Below, piece after piece: positions 48,661 to 59,254 of a stretch of DNA of 64,000 nt; position 1 is the first letter of the stretch; the number at the start of each line of letters is the position of its first letter. The notes beneath the pieces are model-generated. The model saw only the letters and a program-made list of their open reading frames with translations. It was not told the DNA's origin and made no database searches. The position numbers were made by a program, and so were the translations under genes. The DNA is from an uncultured Candidatus Saccharibacteria bacterium (GTDB lineage Bacteria > Patescibacteriota > Doudnabacteria > UBA920), in contig CAYLIB010000005.1 of the NCBI GenBank assembly GCA_964384035.1, forward strand, positions 41,107 through 105,106, given 5' to 3'.

Positions 48661-49392
48661 TTAGTAGTTTTTTAAACCTATTCTGCGAACTAATTCCCAA
48701 ACTCTGTTATGCACTTCCTTGGGTGTGAGTAGTTTTTCGTTTTCGTAACATTCAACAAGTTTAGTGTTCGGGAATAATTTAGCAATTTCTAGATAAACAT
48801 TTTCGGCATTTTTAAGATGATTTAAATCTGCTTCGTGGATATCGCGTTTTTTTCCTTCTGCATAAACCCTATCTTTTGCATCTTTTTTGTCTACAAGTGC
48901 CTGAGATATTTCAGCGGGCATGTGAAGGATGATATTCAAATCAGGTTTAGGGATATTGAAAATTCCATACTCAATTTGATCTAGCCATTTAAAATATTTA
49001 ATTCTTTCTTCGTATTCAGAAATTTTTCCACCTTGGTGACCTGCATTTGCTGTTACGTACCTATTTGAAATAACTATCTTACCTTCTTTTAACCATTCTC
49101 TAATTTTAAAACTTGCATCGAACCTGTCTACTGCATAAAAAAGTGAAGCAGCATATGGGTTAACCATGCCGTATTTACCATTTAAATATTCTTCTACCAT
49201 ACCAGCCGATTTTTGTCCGTATTGAGGAAAATCTGTTACTTCTACGGGATAGTCATTCAATTTAAGCTCTTCAACCAATAGGTCAGTTTGTGTTTTCTTT
49301 CCGCTGCCGTCAGTTCCGTCGATAATAATAAATTTGCCTTGCTTTGGTGGTTGTTTTATTGATTCTATTTTAGGTTTGAATCCGAAATTCAT
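48661..49392 (-). CDS. tmk: Thymidylate kinase
   Basis: DGTDGSGKKTQ, DFPQY, DR, NRY, PDL. Confidence 0.9.
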   Translation of the reverse strand: MNFGFKPKIESIKQPPKQGKFIIIDGTDGSGKKTQTDLLVEELKLNDYPVEVTDFPQYGQKSAGMVEEYLNGKYGMVNPYAASLFYAVDRFDASFKIREWLKEGKIVISNRYVTANAGHQGGKISEYEERIKYFKWLDQIEYGIFNIPKPDLNIILHMPAEISQALVDKKDAKDRVYAEGKKRDIHEADLNHLKNAENVYLEIAKLFPNTKLVECYENEKLLTPKEVHNRVWELVRRIGLKNY

Positions 49393-49937
49393 TTCATTAG
49401 ATTGCTAATTATCTCGTCTATCTGTTTGTAGAGGTCTTCTGTAGATCTCGTGTTTTCAATTCGCCATTCTGCTTGTGCGCCCAGAGAAGGAATACCTATC
49501 TCAGTGGGTTCGTGTTCTTGGAGTCTGAACTCGCTCAAATTTTGTGATGCGTCGTCTGCTTTTTCTTTTCTATTTAAAAATCTTTTAAAACGCATTTCTT
49601 CCGGGGCAGTTATGTAAATTATTTTTGCCCCTAAACTTCTTGCATTTTCGAGTTCATCTTGGAATCTAATTCCGTTTATAACGATTATTTCATTTTTACT
49701 TTCTTTTACTTTTTTGGCTAGAGCTTTACCTAGTATTCCATCGCCGAATGTTCTCCTTAGGCTCATTCCAAGATCTATTTCGTTTCGTCTGGAAAGAGGT
49801 AGATCTAAGATTTTTAAAATATCGTCTAAAAAATGACTGTGTCTAATGTGCTCGGCTTTGTATTTTGAAATTAAGTACTCTGCTACCGTATCTTTACCTG
49901 ATAATTTTTCACCAGTTAAACCTAAAATTAAGTTCAT
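49389..49937 (-). CDS. P-loop nucleoside-monophosphate kinase-like protein
   Basis: LGLTGEKLSGKDTVA, INGIRFQDE, YITAPEEMRFKR, IEN. Confidence 0.75.
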   Translation of the reverse strand: MNLILGLTGEKLSGKDTVAEYLISKYKAEHIRHSHFLDDILKILDLPLSRRNEIDLGMSLRRTFGDGILGKALAKKVKESKNEIIVINGIRFQDELENARSLGAKIIYITAPEEMRFKRFLNRKEKADDASQNLSEFRLQEHEPTEIGIPSLGAQAEWRIENTRSTEDLYKQIDEIISNLMK

Positions 49938-50014
49938 AAAGTTTATAAAGTTATCAAGTTCATAAAGTTACACTTAAAGTTACTAGATTAACTTTAAGAA
50001 CTTTATGAACTTTT
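49929..50014. repeat. Palindromic nonamer-repeat element overlapping a start codon
   Basis: AAGTTCATA/AAGTTTATA/AAGTTATC/AAGTTCATA/AAGTTAC..., then inverted AACTTTAAG AACTTTATG AACTTTT. Confidence 0.85.
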
Positions 50015-50457
50015 TACTTAGGGGCATAACCGCCGGTGGAACCGTAGCCTCCTCTATCGGTGTCGCGAATTCCCTCCACCTCTTCCCACTCGACTTGGTC
50101 GATTTTTACGAATATCCCTTGGGCCAGACGATCACCTTTCTCTACGCTCACCAGTTCCTTGGTAAAATTGTGCACTAGGAGGCAAATTTCATCATTTGGG
50201 CCTGCAAAATCCCTATCTACTACTCCTATACCATTTACGAGTTTAAGACCCTTTTTTAGCCCTAAACTGCTTCTGGAGGCTATAAGTAAAAAATGACCCT
50301 CGGGGGCTTCTATTATTAACCCGGTTCTGAGTTTTTTTATTTCCCCAGGGCCGATTTCTGCGCTTTCTGCTGTTGCTAAGTCAAAAGCGGCAGATTCAGA
50401 TGTGTGATACTCAGGAAGGCTGATATCTTCAAATAATCGTTTAATTTTTGCTTTCAT
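50014..50457 (-). CDS. dut: dUTP diphosphatase
   Basis: AAFDL, RSS, GVVDRDF, GDRLAQ, RGGYGSTG. Confidence 0.95.
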   Translation of the reverse strand: MKAKIKRLFEDISLPEYHTSESAAFDLATAESAEIGPGEIKKLRTGLIIEAPEGHFLLIASRSSLGLKKGLKLVNGIGVVDRDFAGPNDEICLLVHNFTKELVSVEKGDRLAQGIFVKIDQVEWEEVEGIRDTDRGGYGSTGGYAPK

Positions 50458-50531
50458 AAGATAATTATTTTGGGCTAATTTATATTAGTATATATATAAA
50501 AATTTACTAGGCAAAATAAAATCCCCCTAAG

Positions 50532-50687
50532 TTAATTTCTGGGGGCAGCCTGATGCTTTTCTTCCGTGTAAGTTTGAAATGTTGCAGGTGTCAGTGAGTC
50601 TGGGTCTGTGGGAAGTTTAGCAGTGGCGAAGATAAATAGTAGGATGATTGTTACTAAAACAACTATTGTGAGCGTTGATTTCTTCAT
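50532..50687 (-). CDS. Small (51 aa) membrane/secreted protein, not in ORF track
   Basis: MKKSTLTIVVLVTIILLFIFATAKLPTDPDSLTPATFQTYTEEKHQAAPRN; SD GGGAGGG; consensus promoter upstream. Confidence 0.7.
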   Translation of the reverse strand: MKKSTLTIVVLVTIILLFIFATAKLPTDPDSLTPATFQTYTEEKHQAAPRN

Positions 50688-50730
50688 ATTCCCTCCCAAA
50701 AAGAAAAAGTTATTTGAAAATTAATCCTAT

Positions 50731-50759
50731 ATTATACTGTATTTTTTCTTTTTTGTCAA
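50731..50759 (-). promoter_or_regulatory. Perfect-consensus sigma70 promoter
   Basis: TTGACA (50759-50754) - 17 nt - TATAAT (50736-50731). Confidence 0.85.
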
Positions 50760-50761
50760 TA

Positions 50762-50793
50762 TAAAAACCCTTCTTTATATAAAAGGGTTTTTA
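50762..50793 (-). terminator. Terminator after dcd
   Basis: AAAAACCCTT...AAGGGTTTTT inverted repeat. Confidence 0.7.
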
Positions 50794-50804
50794 ACTTTGT
50801 AAGC

Positions 50805-51395
50805 TTATTTGAAATTGATCCAGTCGTTATTTTTAAGAAAATTTTTGTAATACTGACTGGCTTGGGGTTTGGTGGCACCGAAATATTTACTATTTAGACC
50901 GTCTTTCCCGTAGGCATTCTCTGCAACACTAGAGAGTGGGGTAAAAGATAGTTGAGCTATTGGCATTTTAAAATACAGTTTTACTGGGAGTGGTGAAATA
51001 TTATGTAGCTCAAGGGTCATTTTGAGTTTATTGCCTGGATCCAAGTAGCCTGCTGTAGCATGAATTATGATTCCGATTCTTCCTAAAGAAGATTTGCCCT
51101 CGAGTCTACCAACCATATTTTCTGCCACTCCAACCGTTTCGTATGTTAAACCTAGCGCGAATTCGCCAGGGTGGATTATGAACTGACGATTCTCATCTAT
51201 TGTGACTTCTTCCATAAGTTCGTCTAACGGCTCTTTGGGGTCTATGCAAACGTGCTGCGAGGTTTTGAAGATTAAGAATTCAGCGCCGAGGTGAAGGTCT
51301 ATGGATGCTGGTTGTAACGAGTTAGGAAATAACGGGTCGACTGTTATTTTTCCTGAATCGAGAGCTTTTTTGATATCTGTATCTGATAAAATCAT
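50805..51395 (-). CDS. dcd: dCTP deaminase
   Basis: ILSD, QPASIDL, EGKSSLGRIG, AGYLDPG, TLEL. Confidence 0.95.
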   Translation of the reverse strand: MILSDTDIKKALDSGKITVDPLFPNSLQPASIDLHLGAEFLIFKTSQHVCIDPKEPLDELMEEVTIDENRQFIIHPGEFALGLTYETVGVAENMVGRLEGKSSLGRIGIIIHATAGYLDPGNKLKMTLELHNISPLPVKLYFKMPIAQLSFTPLSSVAENAYGKDGLNSKYFGATKPQASQYYKNFLKNNDWINFK

Positions 51396-51446
51396 AGCTA
51401 AAAATTAATTTACTTAAATAATTTTAGCAGTAAAGTTGATTCAAAA

Positions 51447-51478
51447 CAAAAACAACCTTGAAGATAAGGTTGTTTTTG
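51447..51478 (-). terminator. Terminator after rplA
   Basis: CAAAAACAACCTT-GAAGAT-AAGGTTGTTTTTG. Confidence 0.8.
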
Positions 51479-51482
51479 CTAT

Positions 51483-52160
51483 TTAACGGATTTTTATACC
51501 AGGACCCATTGTGGAGTTTATAGTAATACTTTGAATGTATTGACCTTTTGCTCCTGAAGGTTTGACTGATTCAACGGCTGAGATAAAAGCTTTTAGGTTT
51601 TCTAGTAATTTTGAGTTATCGAAACTGGCTTTGCCGATCATCTGGTGTATGTTAGCGGTATCATCGTTTTTAAAACTTACTTTACCACCAGCAATTTCAG
51701 CAATTATTTGAGCTATATTTTCTCCAACGGTTCCGGTCTTAGGGTTAGGCATAAGTCCTCTTGTACCTAAAATCTTAGCTATACCTGCAAGTTTCGGCAT
51801 CATACTTGGTTCTGCTACTGCTACTTCAAAATCGGTTTTTTCGGTTTCCTTTATTTGCTTAATAAGCTCTTCGCCACCAACTAGATAAGCGCCAGCGTCT
51901 TTTGCTAGTTTTTCTTTAGCTTCGGATACAAATGCTGCAACCTTTTTGGTTTTACCTGTTCCTGCTGGAAGGCTAACTGTGCCACGGATTAATTGGTCGG
52001 TTTTTTTAGGATCGATTCCTGTTCTTACATGAACTTCAATAGAAGCATCAAATTTAACGTTAGCTGTTTTTTTTGCTAATTCGATAGCTTCTTCTAAACC
52101 GTAGACTTTCTTTTTATCTACGAGTCCATTATTTCCTTTTACTCTCTTTGCTAATTTCAT
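51483..52160 (-). CDS. rplA: 50S ribosomal protein L1
   Basis: KFDAS, RGTVSLPAGTG, LGTRGLMPNPKTGTV, STMGPG; start at ATG 52160 after AAAGGA. Confidence 0.97.
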   Translation of the reverse strand: MKLAKRVKGNNGLVDKKKVYGLEEAIELAKKTANVKFDASIEVHVRTGIDPKKTDQLIRGTVSLPAGTGKTKKVAAFVSEAKEKLAKDAGAYLVGGEELIKQIKETEKTDFEVAVAEPSMMPKLAGIAKILGTRGLMPNPKTGTVGENIAQIIAEIAGGKVSFKNDDTANIHQMIGKASFDNSKLLENLKAFISAVESVKPSGAKGQYIQSITINSTMGPGIKIR

Positions 52161-52171
52161 ATATTCCTTTC

Positions 52172-52299
52172 GTGGTGGACGACGAAGTTGTCTGGTTATA
52201 AAGTTTCTCAAGTTTTTTAAAGTTATTAAGTAATTTAAATTCATTACTTTAAGAACTTGAAAACTTTTTGAACTTTAAAAACTAATTTTCTTCTCCCAC
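52172..52299 (-). promoter_or_regulatory. L1-binding autoregulatory RNA leader with inserted repeat hairpin
   Basis: GUGG-GA-GAAG ... CUUC-GUCGUCCA-CCAC just upstream of the rplA SD. Confidence 0.7.
52199..52283. repeat. Palindromic nonamer-repeat element
   Basis: AAGTTTCTC AAGTTTTTT AAAGTTATT AAGT..., then inverted ACTTTAAGA ACTTGAAA ACTTTTTGA ACTTTAAAA ACT. Confidence 0.8.
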
Positions 52300-52317
52300 A
52301 AATTAATTAAATATTTA

Positions 52318-53121
52318 TTAAATTTTTCCCGATTTATCTACTTGATTTTTGAGTCCAGCAAGTCTTTCACTCTGCATAAACTCTCTTATGTCTGAGACAG
52401 TGCTCATGAACTGAGCAGGGAAAATGATAGTAGAATTCTTTTCTATACTTATTTCTGCCATAGTCTGGAGATTTCTGAGTTGTAGTGCTATTGGGTGTTC
52501 TGCCATAATATCTGCTGTTTCAGCAAGTTTTTGTGCTGCACCAAATTCGCCTTCTGCGGCGATAAGCTTTGCTCTTTTTTCTCTTTCTGCTTCTGCTTGT
52601 TTTGCCATAGCGCGTTGCATACCTTCTGGTAGTTCAATATCTTTTATTTCAACTACCGAAACAACTACTCCCCAACCTTCAGTATGCAAATCTAAAACTT
52701 TGGTGATTTCCTTGTTTATAGTCTCTCTTTCCGAGAGGATTTCATCTAACTGGAATTTACCTACAATATTTCTAACAGAAGTTTGGGCAATCTGATTAAC
52801 TGCTGCTATAACGTTTTCTATTTGTACTATAGATTTAACTGCATCAACTATTTTGTAGTAAGCAACAGCGGAGACATCTACGGAAACATTGTCTTTAGTA
52901 ATAATCTTTTGAGGAGCAACTGGTAAGGTCACTGTTCTCATGTCGACTTTTTTTAGTTGGTCGATATAAGGAATGATCATATTAAGACCAGGTTCCTTTA
53001 TTCCAACTATTTTACCAAAGCGAAAGACAACTCCTTTTTGGTACTGCTGAACTATCCTTAATCCTGGCAGAACAAAAAATACTATGAACAACACCGCTAA
53101 CCAAAATAACATTAAGGGCAT
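52318..53121 (-). CDS. SPFH/stomatin (slipin) family protein
   Basis: VVFRFGK, ITKDNVSV, AQTSVR, AMAKQAEAEREKRAK, ALQLRNLQT. Confidence 0.93.
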   Translation of the reverse strand: MPLMLFWLAVLFIVFFVLPGLRIVQQYQKGVVFRFGKIVGIKEPGLNMIIPYIDQLKKVDMRTVTLPVAPQKIITKDNVSVDVSAVAYYKIVDAVKSIVQIENVIAAVNQIAQTSVRNIVGKFQLDEILSERETINKEITKVLDLHTEGWGVVVSVVEIKDIELPEGMQRAMAKQAEAEREKRAKLIAAEGEFGAAQKLAETADIMAEHPIALQLRNLQTMAEISIEKNSTIIFPAQFMSTVSDIREFMQSERLAGLKNQVDKSGKI

Positions 53122-53159
53122 ATGTTTTGAATTAAGAAATAAATAGTAATTCTATTTTT

Positions 53160-53585
53160 CTAGTCTATAACTTCAACACCCATGCTTCTGGCTGTACCCA
53201 TAACTATTCTTTCAGCTGAATCTAGTTTGGTAGTATTTAAGTCCGACATTTTTTTCTCAGCAATTTCTTTAACTTGATTCTTGGTAATTTTACCTACTTT
53301 GTTCATTAAAGGGTTTGCTGCTCCCTTTGAAATTCCAATTGCTTTCATTATGAGGTTAGCAACTGGTGGTGTCTTAAGGATGAATGAAAAAGTACGATCT
53401 TCAAAGATTGTCATTTCAACCGGGACTACGGTATCTCCCATTGGGGCGGATCTGTCATTGAATTCTTTTACGAATTGAGCAATGTTAAGACCGTGGGGTC
53501 CAAGTGCAGTACCTACTGGAGGTGCTGGTGTAGCTTTTCCGGCCTGAAGTTGTAGTTTTATAACAACTTTTATCTTCTTTGCCAT
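53160..53585 (-). CDS. rplK: 50S ribosomal protein L11
   Basis: AGKATPAPPVGTALG, GTARSMG. Confidence 0.98.
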   Translation of the reverse strand: MAKKIKVVIKLQLQAGKATPAPPVGTALGPHGLNIAQFVKEFNDRSAPMGDTVVPVEMTIFEDRTFSFILKTPPVANLIMKAIGISKGAANPLMNKVGKITKNQVKEIAEKKMSDLNTTKLDSAERIVMGTARSMGVEVID

Positions 53586-53603
53586 AAAAATTAGTTTAAT
53601 TAT

Positions 53604-53659
53604 TTAACGAATTACGGATTAGCGGATTAGAAGCCTCCGCTAACGCGTAAACTCGTTAA
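53604..53659. repeat. Palindromic 7/8-mer repeat hairpin between nusG and rplK
   Basis: TTAACGA ATTACGG ATTAGCGG ATTAG ... TCCGCTAA CGCGTAA ACTCGTTAA. Confidence 0.75.
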
Positions 53660-53661
53660 GT

Positions 53662-54207
53662 TTATACGCGTTTTACTTGCAGGAAATCTAGTTCGACTGG
53701 TGTTTCTCTTCCGAAGATGGTTACCATTACTTTTACTTTACCTTTAGCTTCATCAAGTTCGCCAACTTTGCCTTCGTAATCTTTGAAAGGTCCATCTGTA
53801 ATTCTAACGAGTTCGCCAATTTGGAAATCAACTTTGAATTTAGGCTCTTCAACACCCATTCTTTTTTGCAAGCTTTTCCATTCATCTTCTCCTACTGGAG
53901 TTGGGATGGTACCACTACCTACGAACCCTGTTACGTTAGGTGTATTTCTAACTACATACCAAGAGTCGTCAGTCACTATCATGTCTACTAAAACATATCC
54001 TGGAAATATTTTTTCTTCTACTGTTGTGCGCTTACCGTCTTTTATCTTTATCTTGCGTTCTTTTGGGACTATTGCATCGAAGATTTTGTCTTCCATGTCC
54101 ATAGACTCGATACGTTGCTTTAGGTTGAAAGCTACGCTATCTTCGTATCCGCTGTATGTATGGAGAACATACCAGTGGCGTTCTCCGGTAACTTGTTGTC
54201 TAGCCAT
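53662..54207 (-). CDS. nusG: Transcription termination/antitermination factor NusG
   Basis: WYVLHTYSGYE, FPGYVLV, TPNVTGFVG, KOW GPF, FGRETPVEL. Confidence 0.97.
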   Translation of the reverse strand: MARQQVTGERHWYVLHTYSGYEDSVAFNLKQRIESMDMEDKIFDAIVPKERKIKIKDGKRTTVEEKIFPGYVLVDMIVTDDSWYVVRNTPNVTGFVGSGTIPTPVGEDEWKSLQKRMGVEEPKFKVDFQIGELVRITDGPFKDYEGKVGELDEAKGKVKVMVTIFGRETPVELDFLQVKRV

Positions 54208-54228
54208 AAATTAAATGTGAGTTGTTAG

Positions 54229-54405
54229 CTATTTATTGAGGAGAGCTTCGAAACCTTTAAGTAAACCGTAGTCGGCTGCTCCTAATATGGCAGCTACGCC
54301 AACACTGAATCCTATAACTACAAGGGTATAGCGAATGGTATCCATTCTACTTGGCCAAACGACCTTTGATAGTTCACTTCTGACTTCTCTTAGAAATTTA
54401 ATCAT
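54229..54405 (-). CDS. secE: Preprotein translocase SecE (58 aa, not in ORF track)
   Basis: MIKFLREVRSELSKVVWPSR...TM; immediately upstream of nusG. Confidence 0.93.
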   Translation of the reverse strand: MIKFLREVRSELSKVVWPSRMDTIRYTLVVIGFSVGVAAILGAADYGLLKGFEALLNK

Positions 54406-54460
54406 AGTTTGTGTTTAGGGTCTTTTAAAAGGCCCTTTTTCCGGGCCTTATAGTAGGCCC

Positions 54461-54490
54461 ATTATACCTTAAATGAGCGTTTTGTGTCAA
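54461..54490 (-). promoter_or_regulatory. Promoter of secE-nusG-rplK
   Basis: TTGACA - 18 nt - TATAAT. Confidence 0.7.
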
Positions 54491-55434
54491 ATGTTGGCTG
54501 GGTCTGTCTTTTTAGTGTAGGGGCCACCGTCCCCATTTAACGTTTTAAGCCTTTGTTTTGATTTTTTTACATATGTACGGTAGTCGTTCATATTAGCGAA
54601 TGGATATAATCCACTATGCTTCACTAAATAAATAGCAGGGTTTTTTCTGAACTTGATTATCTGACCTTCTTTAACACCATAAGGTAATACTATTTTTTCT
54701 TCCTGTGGAATAGATATAGATGGGCTTTGGTAATTCTGAGGAGTGGGGTTCGTGCTGGGTAATGATTGAATTATTTTTTTTGGAGTCGTGAAAGTTTTAT
54801 CTGCAGAAACAGTTGGAAGGCCATTTAGGCCTGTTATTTTAATTATGTAATGGTATTCGGTTTCCGGTGTAAGATTTTCTAGTTTTATACTATGTGATAA
54901 CACCGAAGAATAATCATGGAAAGATTTATTTCCATAACTATTTGTGGTGCCAAATTCAATAAAACTGTCTGAGGGTTTGTCGGTATCCCAGGAAACGATT
55001 GCGAAAGTATCTTGAGGAGATGCTAGAATATTCGAAATTATGGGAGCCTTGGGTGGTTCGAGTGTAGGAGCGGTGGTCGTGGTTGTTGTACTCCCTGCTG
55101 ATGTAGAAAAAGTATTTTCTGGAGACACTGTTCTTTCTCCGTTGGAATCTGTAGATTTAACTATATATTTGTATGTTGTGCTTGGTAACAAATTTTCTAA
55201 CGTAACTGTGTGACCGGTTTGTGGAGTGTAATTTATTGGTATAGTTGACTCATACACAGAAGCTACGCCATATTCAATTTCAGTAGTGGATGCTAAGTCT
55301 GTATTCCAAGCTATAACCGCTACGGAAGATGATGTAGTTAGTACTCTAATATTACTAATTGTCGGCGCGGCGATTGCTGTTACTGGGTAAAGAACGATTA
55401 AAGCGATAGATAATGCAAATAGTTTTTTTCGCAT
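54487..55434 (-). CDS. Secreted protein with two fibronectin type III-like domains
   Basis: Signal peptide; two repeats of A.I.W.TD...IEYG...H.V.LENL.P.T.Y.Y; C-terminal CPR-type surface module. Confidence 0.85.
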   Translation of the reverse strand: MRKKLFALSIALIVLYPVTAIAAPTISNIRVLTTSSSVAVIAWNTDLASTTEIEYGVASVYESTIPINYTPQTGHTVTLENLLPSTTYKYIVKSTDSNGERTVSPENTFSTSAGSTTTTTTAPTLEPPKAPIISNILASPQDTFAIVSWDTDKPSDSFIEFGTTNSYGNKSFHDYSSVLSHSIKLENLTPETEYHYIIKITGLNGLPTVSADKTFTTPKKIIQSLPSTNPTPQNYQSPSISIPQEEKIVLPYGVKEGQIIKFRKNPAIYLVKHSGLYPFANMNDYRTYVKKSKQRLKTLNGDGGPYTKKTDPANI

Positions 55435-55460
55435 TTTTTTTGTTTTTTTAGTACTAGAAA

Positions 55461-57582
<2,122 letters not shown>

Positions 57583-57661
57583 AAATGCTACTATAATTTA
57601 AAATCTTACTGTAATTATAGCATTTTTTCCTTAAAAATAGAAGACTATTAGCAAGGGATTT

Positions 57662-59185
57662 TCATCTTAAATCTGCGTTAAATTGTTCTTTGGTTTGTTC
57701 GTATAGTTTAGCTTGTAAAGGCTCTACTTCTTCTGTTCTTAGAGTCCTGTCTGGTCTTCTGTAAACCACTCTATAGGTGTAGCTAATTTTACCTTCACCA
57801 AATTTAGCTGGATTTTCGTATTTATCCAGGAGTTCTACTTCCTCAATAAGGTCTCCTCCTATGTCCCTAATTAGGTCGAAGTAATTATTTGGGATGAAAT
57901 CGTTATTTACTATGAATGAAATGTCTCGGGTTATTGGAGGGAACTTGCTGACTTCTACAAATTTTTGTCCTAAATGTAGTTGTTTTAAGACTCTGGGGTC
58001 TTCAGACCATAGTAATCTGATATCTGGAAGCTCCATACTAAGGATGGCAAGTCTCTCTAGGCCAAATCCAAATGCCCAACCATTATAAATTTTAGGATCA
58101 ACACCCAATTTTTTTAGTACGCTTCCTTTTACAACACCACTTCCTAATACTTCAATCCAATTTCCGTTCATTTCAATTTCCATTTCTAGGCTTGGGTCCG
58201 TGTATGGGAAAGTATCTTTGTTAAATCTAAAATTTACTTTTTCTCCGAATACAGCTTTTGCAATACTTGAAAGAATGGTCTTTAAATCCTCTTCGGTAAT
58301 AATTTTTTCTGATTTTGGAACTAAATACCAACCATCCATCTGATGAAAAATGTTCATGTGTCTACGATCTATTTCGTCTTTTCTGTAAACTTTACCGAAG
58401 CAAAGAGAGCCAACTGCATGATTATTCGCAATTCGTTTTTTTATCTCTTCTTGAGCGAGGTAGTAATACCACATAACAGTGGTGTGTGTGCGTAGTATGT
58501 TGGACTCGTCGACATAATAAGTATCAGATTTAGAACGTGCGGGGTGGTCTGGGGCGAAATCGAATAGATCGAAACTAATACTAGCAGGAACTATTTCTGG
58601 AATTTGGATAATATCGAAACTTTCGAAGTCTGGTAAGTTCACAATTCTATCAGCCATCTCTTTAAGTGGACTACCATTTTTTCTTGATAGATCGGGCATG
58701 TTTAAGTATCTCTTGATACGCAGATTTTCTGCGTCGGTTTTATTTTCAAGTGCCTTTTCCAATTTAACTGCCTCGTTAGAATGTATAGTGATTTTATTCT
58801 TAGCTTGGTTATTTATCATTTCTGGGGAGAAAGGTTCGCCTGGTTTGGTGTCGTTTTTCAAAATAAGTATTTTTGGTCCCTCATCTTCACCAAGTCCTAA
58901 TTCGAAAGCAGCACAAATCATACCTTGGCTTTCAATACCCCTTATAGTAGCTTTCTCTAAAACGAAAGATTCGTGTGTTTCAGAATGAATATTTTGTGGT
59001 ATTTGTGCGCCTGGTAAGGCAAGTGCAACTATTGCCCCTTCGTCGAAATTCCATGCACCACAGACTACAGGGTATATTTCCTTGTCCCCTAAGGATAGAG
59101 TAATAATTCTTAATTTATCTGCATTTGGATGTTTTTCGACTTTGATTACCTTAGCAGCGTAGATTTCGCTATATTTTTGTTCCAT
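57662..59185 (-). CDS. Single-chain phenylalanine--tRNA ligase (tRNA-binding OB + alpha catalytic + FDX-ACB)
   Basis: HPNADKL/VVCGA/RGIESQGMIC OB domain; HPAR..DTYY, LRTHT, YRKDEID..H...FHQ, FPYTDPS, AFGFGLERLA; KFPPITRDISF...DRTL anticodon-binding domain. Confidence 0.9.
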   Translation of the reverse strand: MEQKYSEIYAAKVIKVEKHPNADKLRIITLSLGDKEIYPVVCGAWNFDEGAIVALALPGAQIPQNIHSETHESFVLEKATIRGIESQGMICAAFELGLGEDEGPKILILKNDTKPGEPFSPEMINNQAKNKITIHSNEAVKLEKALENKTDAENLRIKRYLNMPDLSRKNGSPLKEMADRIVNLPDFESFDIIQIPEIVPASISFDLFDFAPDHPARSKSDTYYVDESNILRTHTTVMWYYYLAQEEIKKRIANNHAVGSLCFGKVYRKDEIDRRHMNIFHQMDGWYLVPKSEKIITEEDLKTILSSIAKAVFGEKVNFRFNKDTFPYTDPSLEMEIEMNGNWIEVLGSGVVKGSVLKKLGVDPKIYNGWAFGFGLERLAILSMELPDIRLLWSEDPRVLKQLHLGQKFVEVSKFPPITRDISFIVNNDFIPNNYFDLIRDIGGDLIEEVELLDKYENPAKFGEGKISYTYRVVYRRPDRTLRTEEVEPLQAKLYEQTKEQFNADLR

Positions 59186-59254
59186 ATTAAAATCATTTGA
59201 ATATAGCTAATGTTATCATAAAAAAGCCCATTTGTAAGTACAAATGGACATATT

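Noticed and set aside
52161-52244. N-terminal extension of L1 in the ORF track (similarly folA 47631-47651, lyase 11084-11134, tadA 7476-7514)
   Set aside because: Extensions run through repeat, leader or promoter DNA; downstream ATGs match family N-termini.
54406-54460. Possible tRNA-Trp upstream of secE
   Set aside because: Only a short GGCCC/GGGCC hairpin; too short and no T-loop or cloverleaf.
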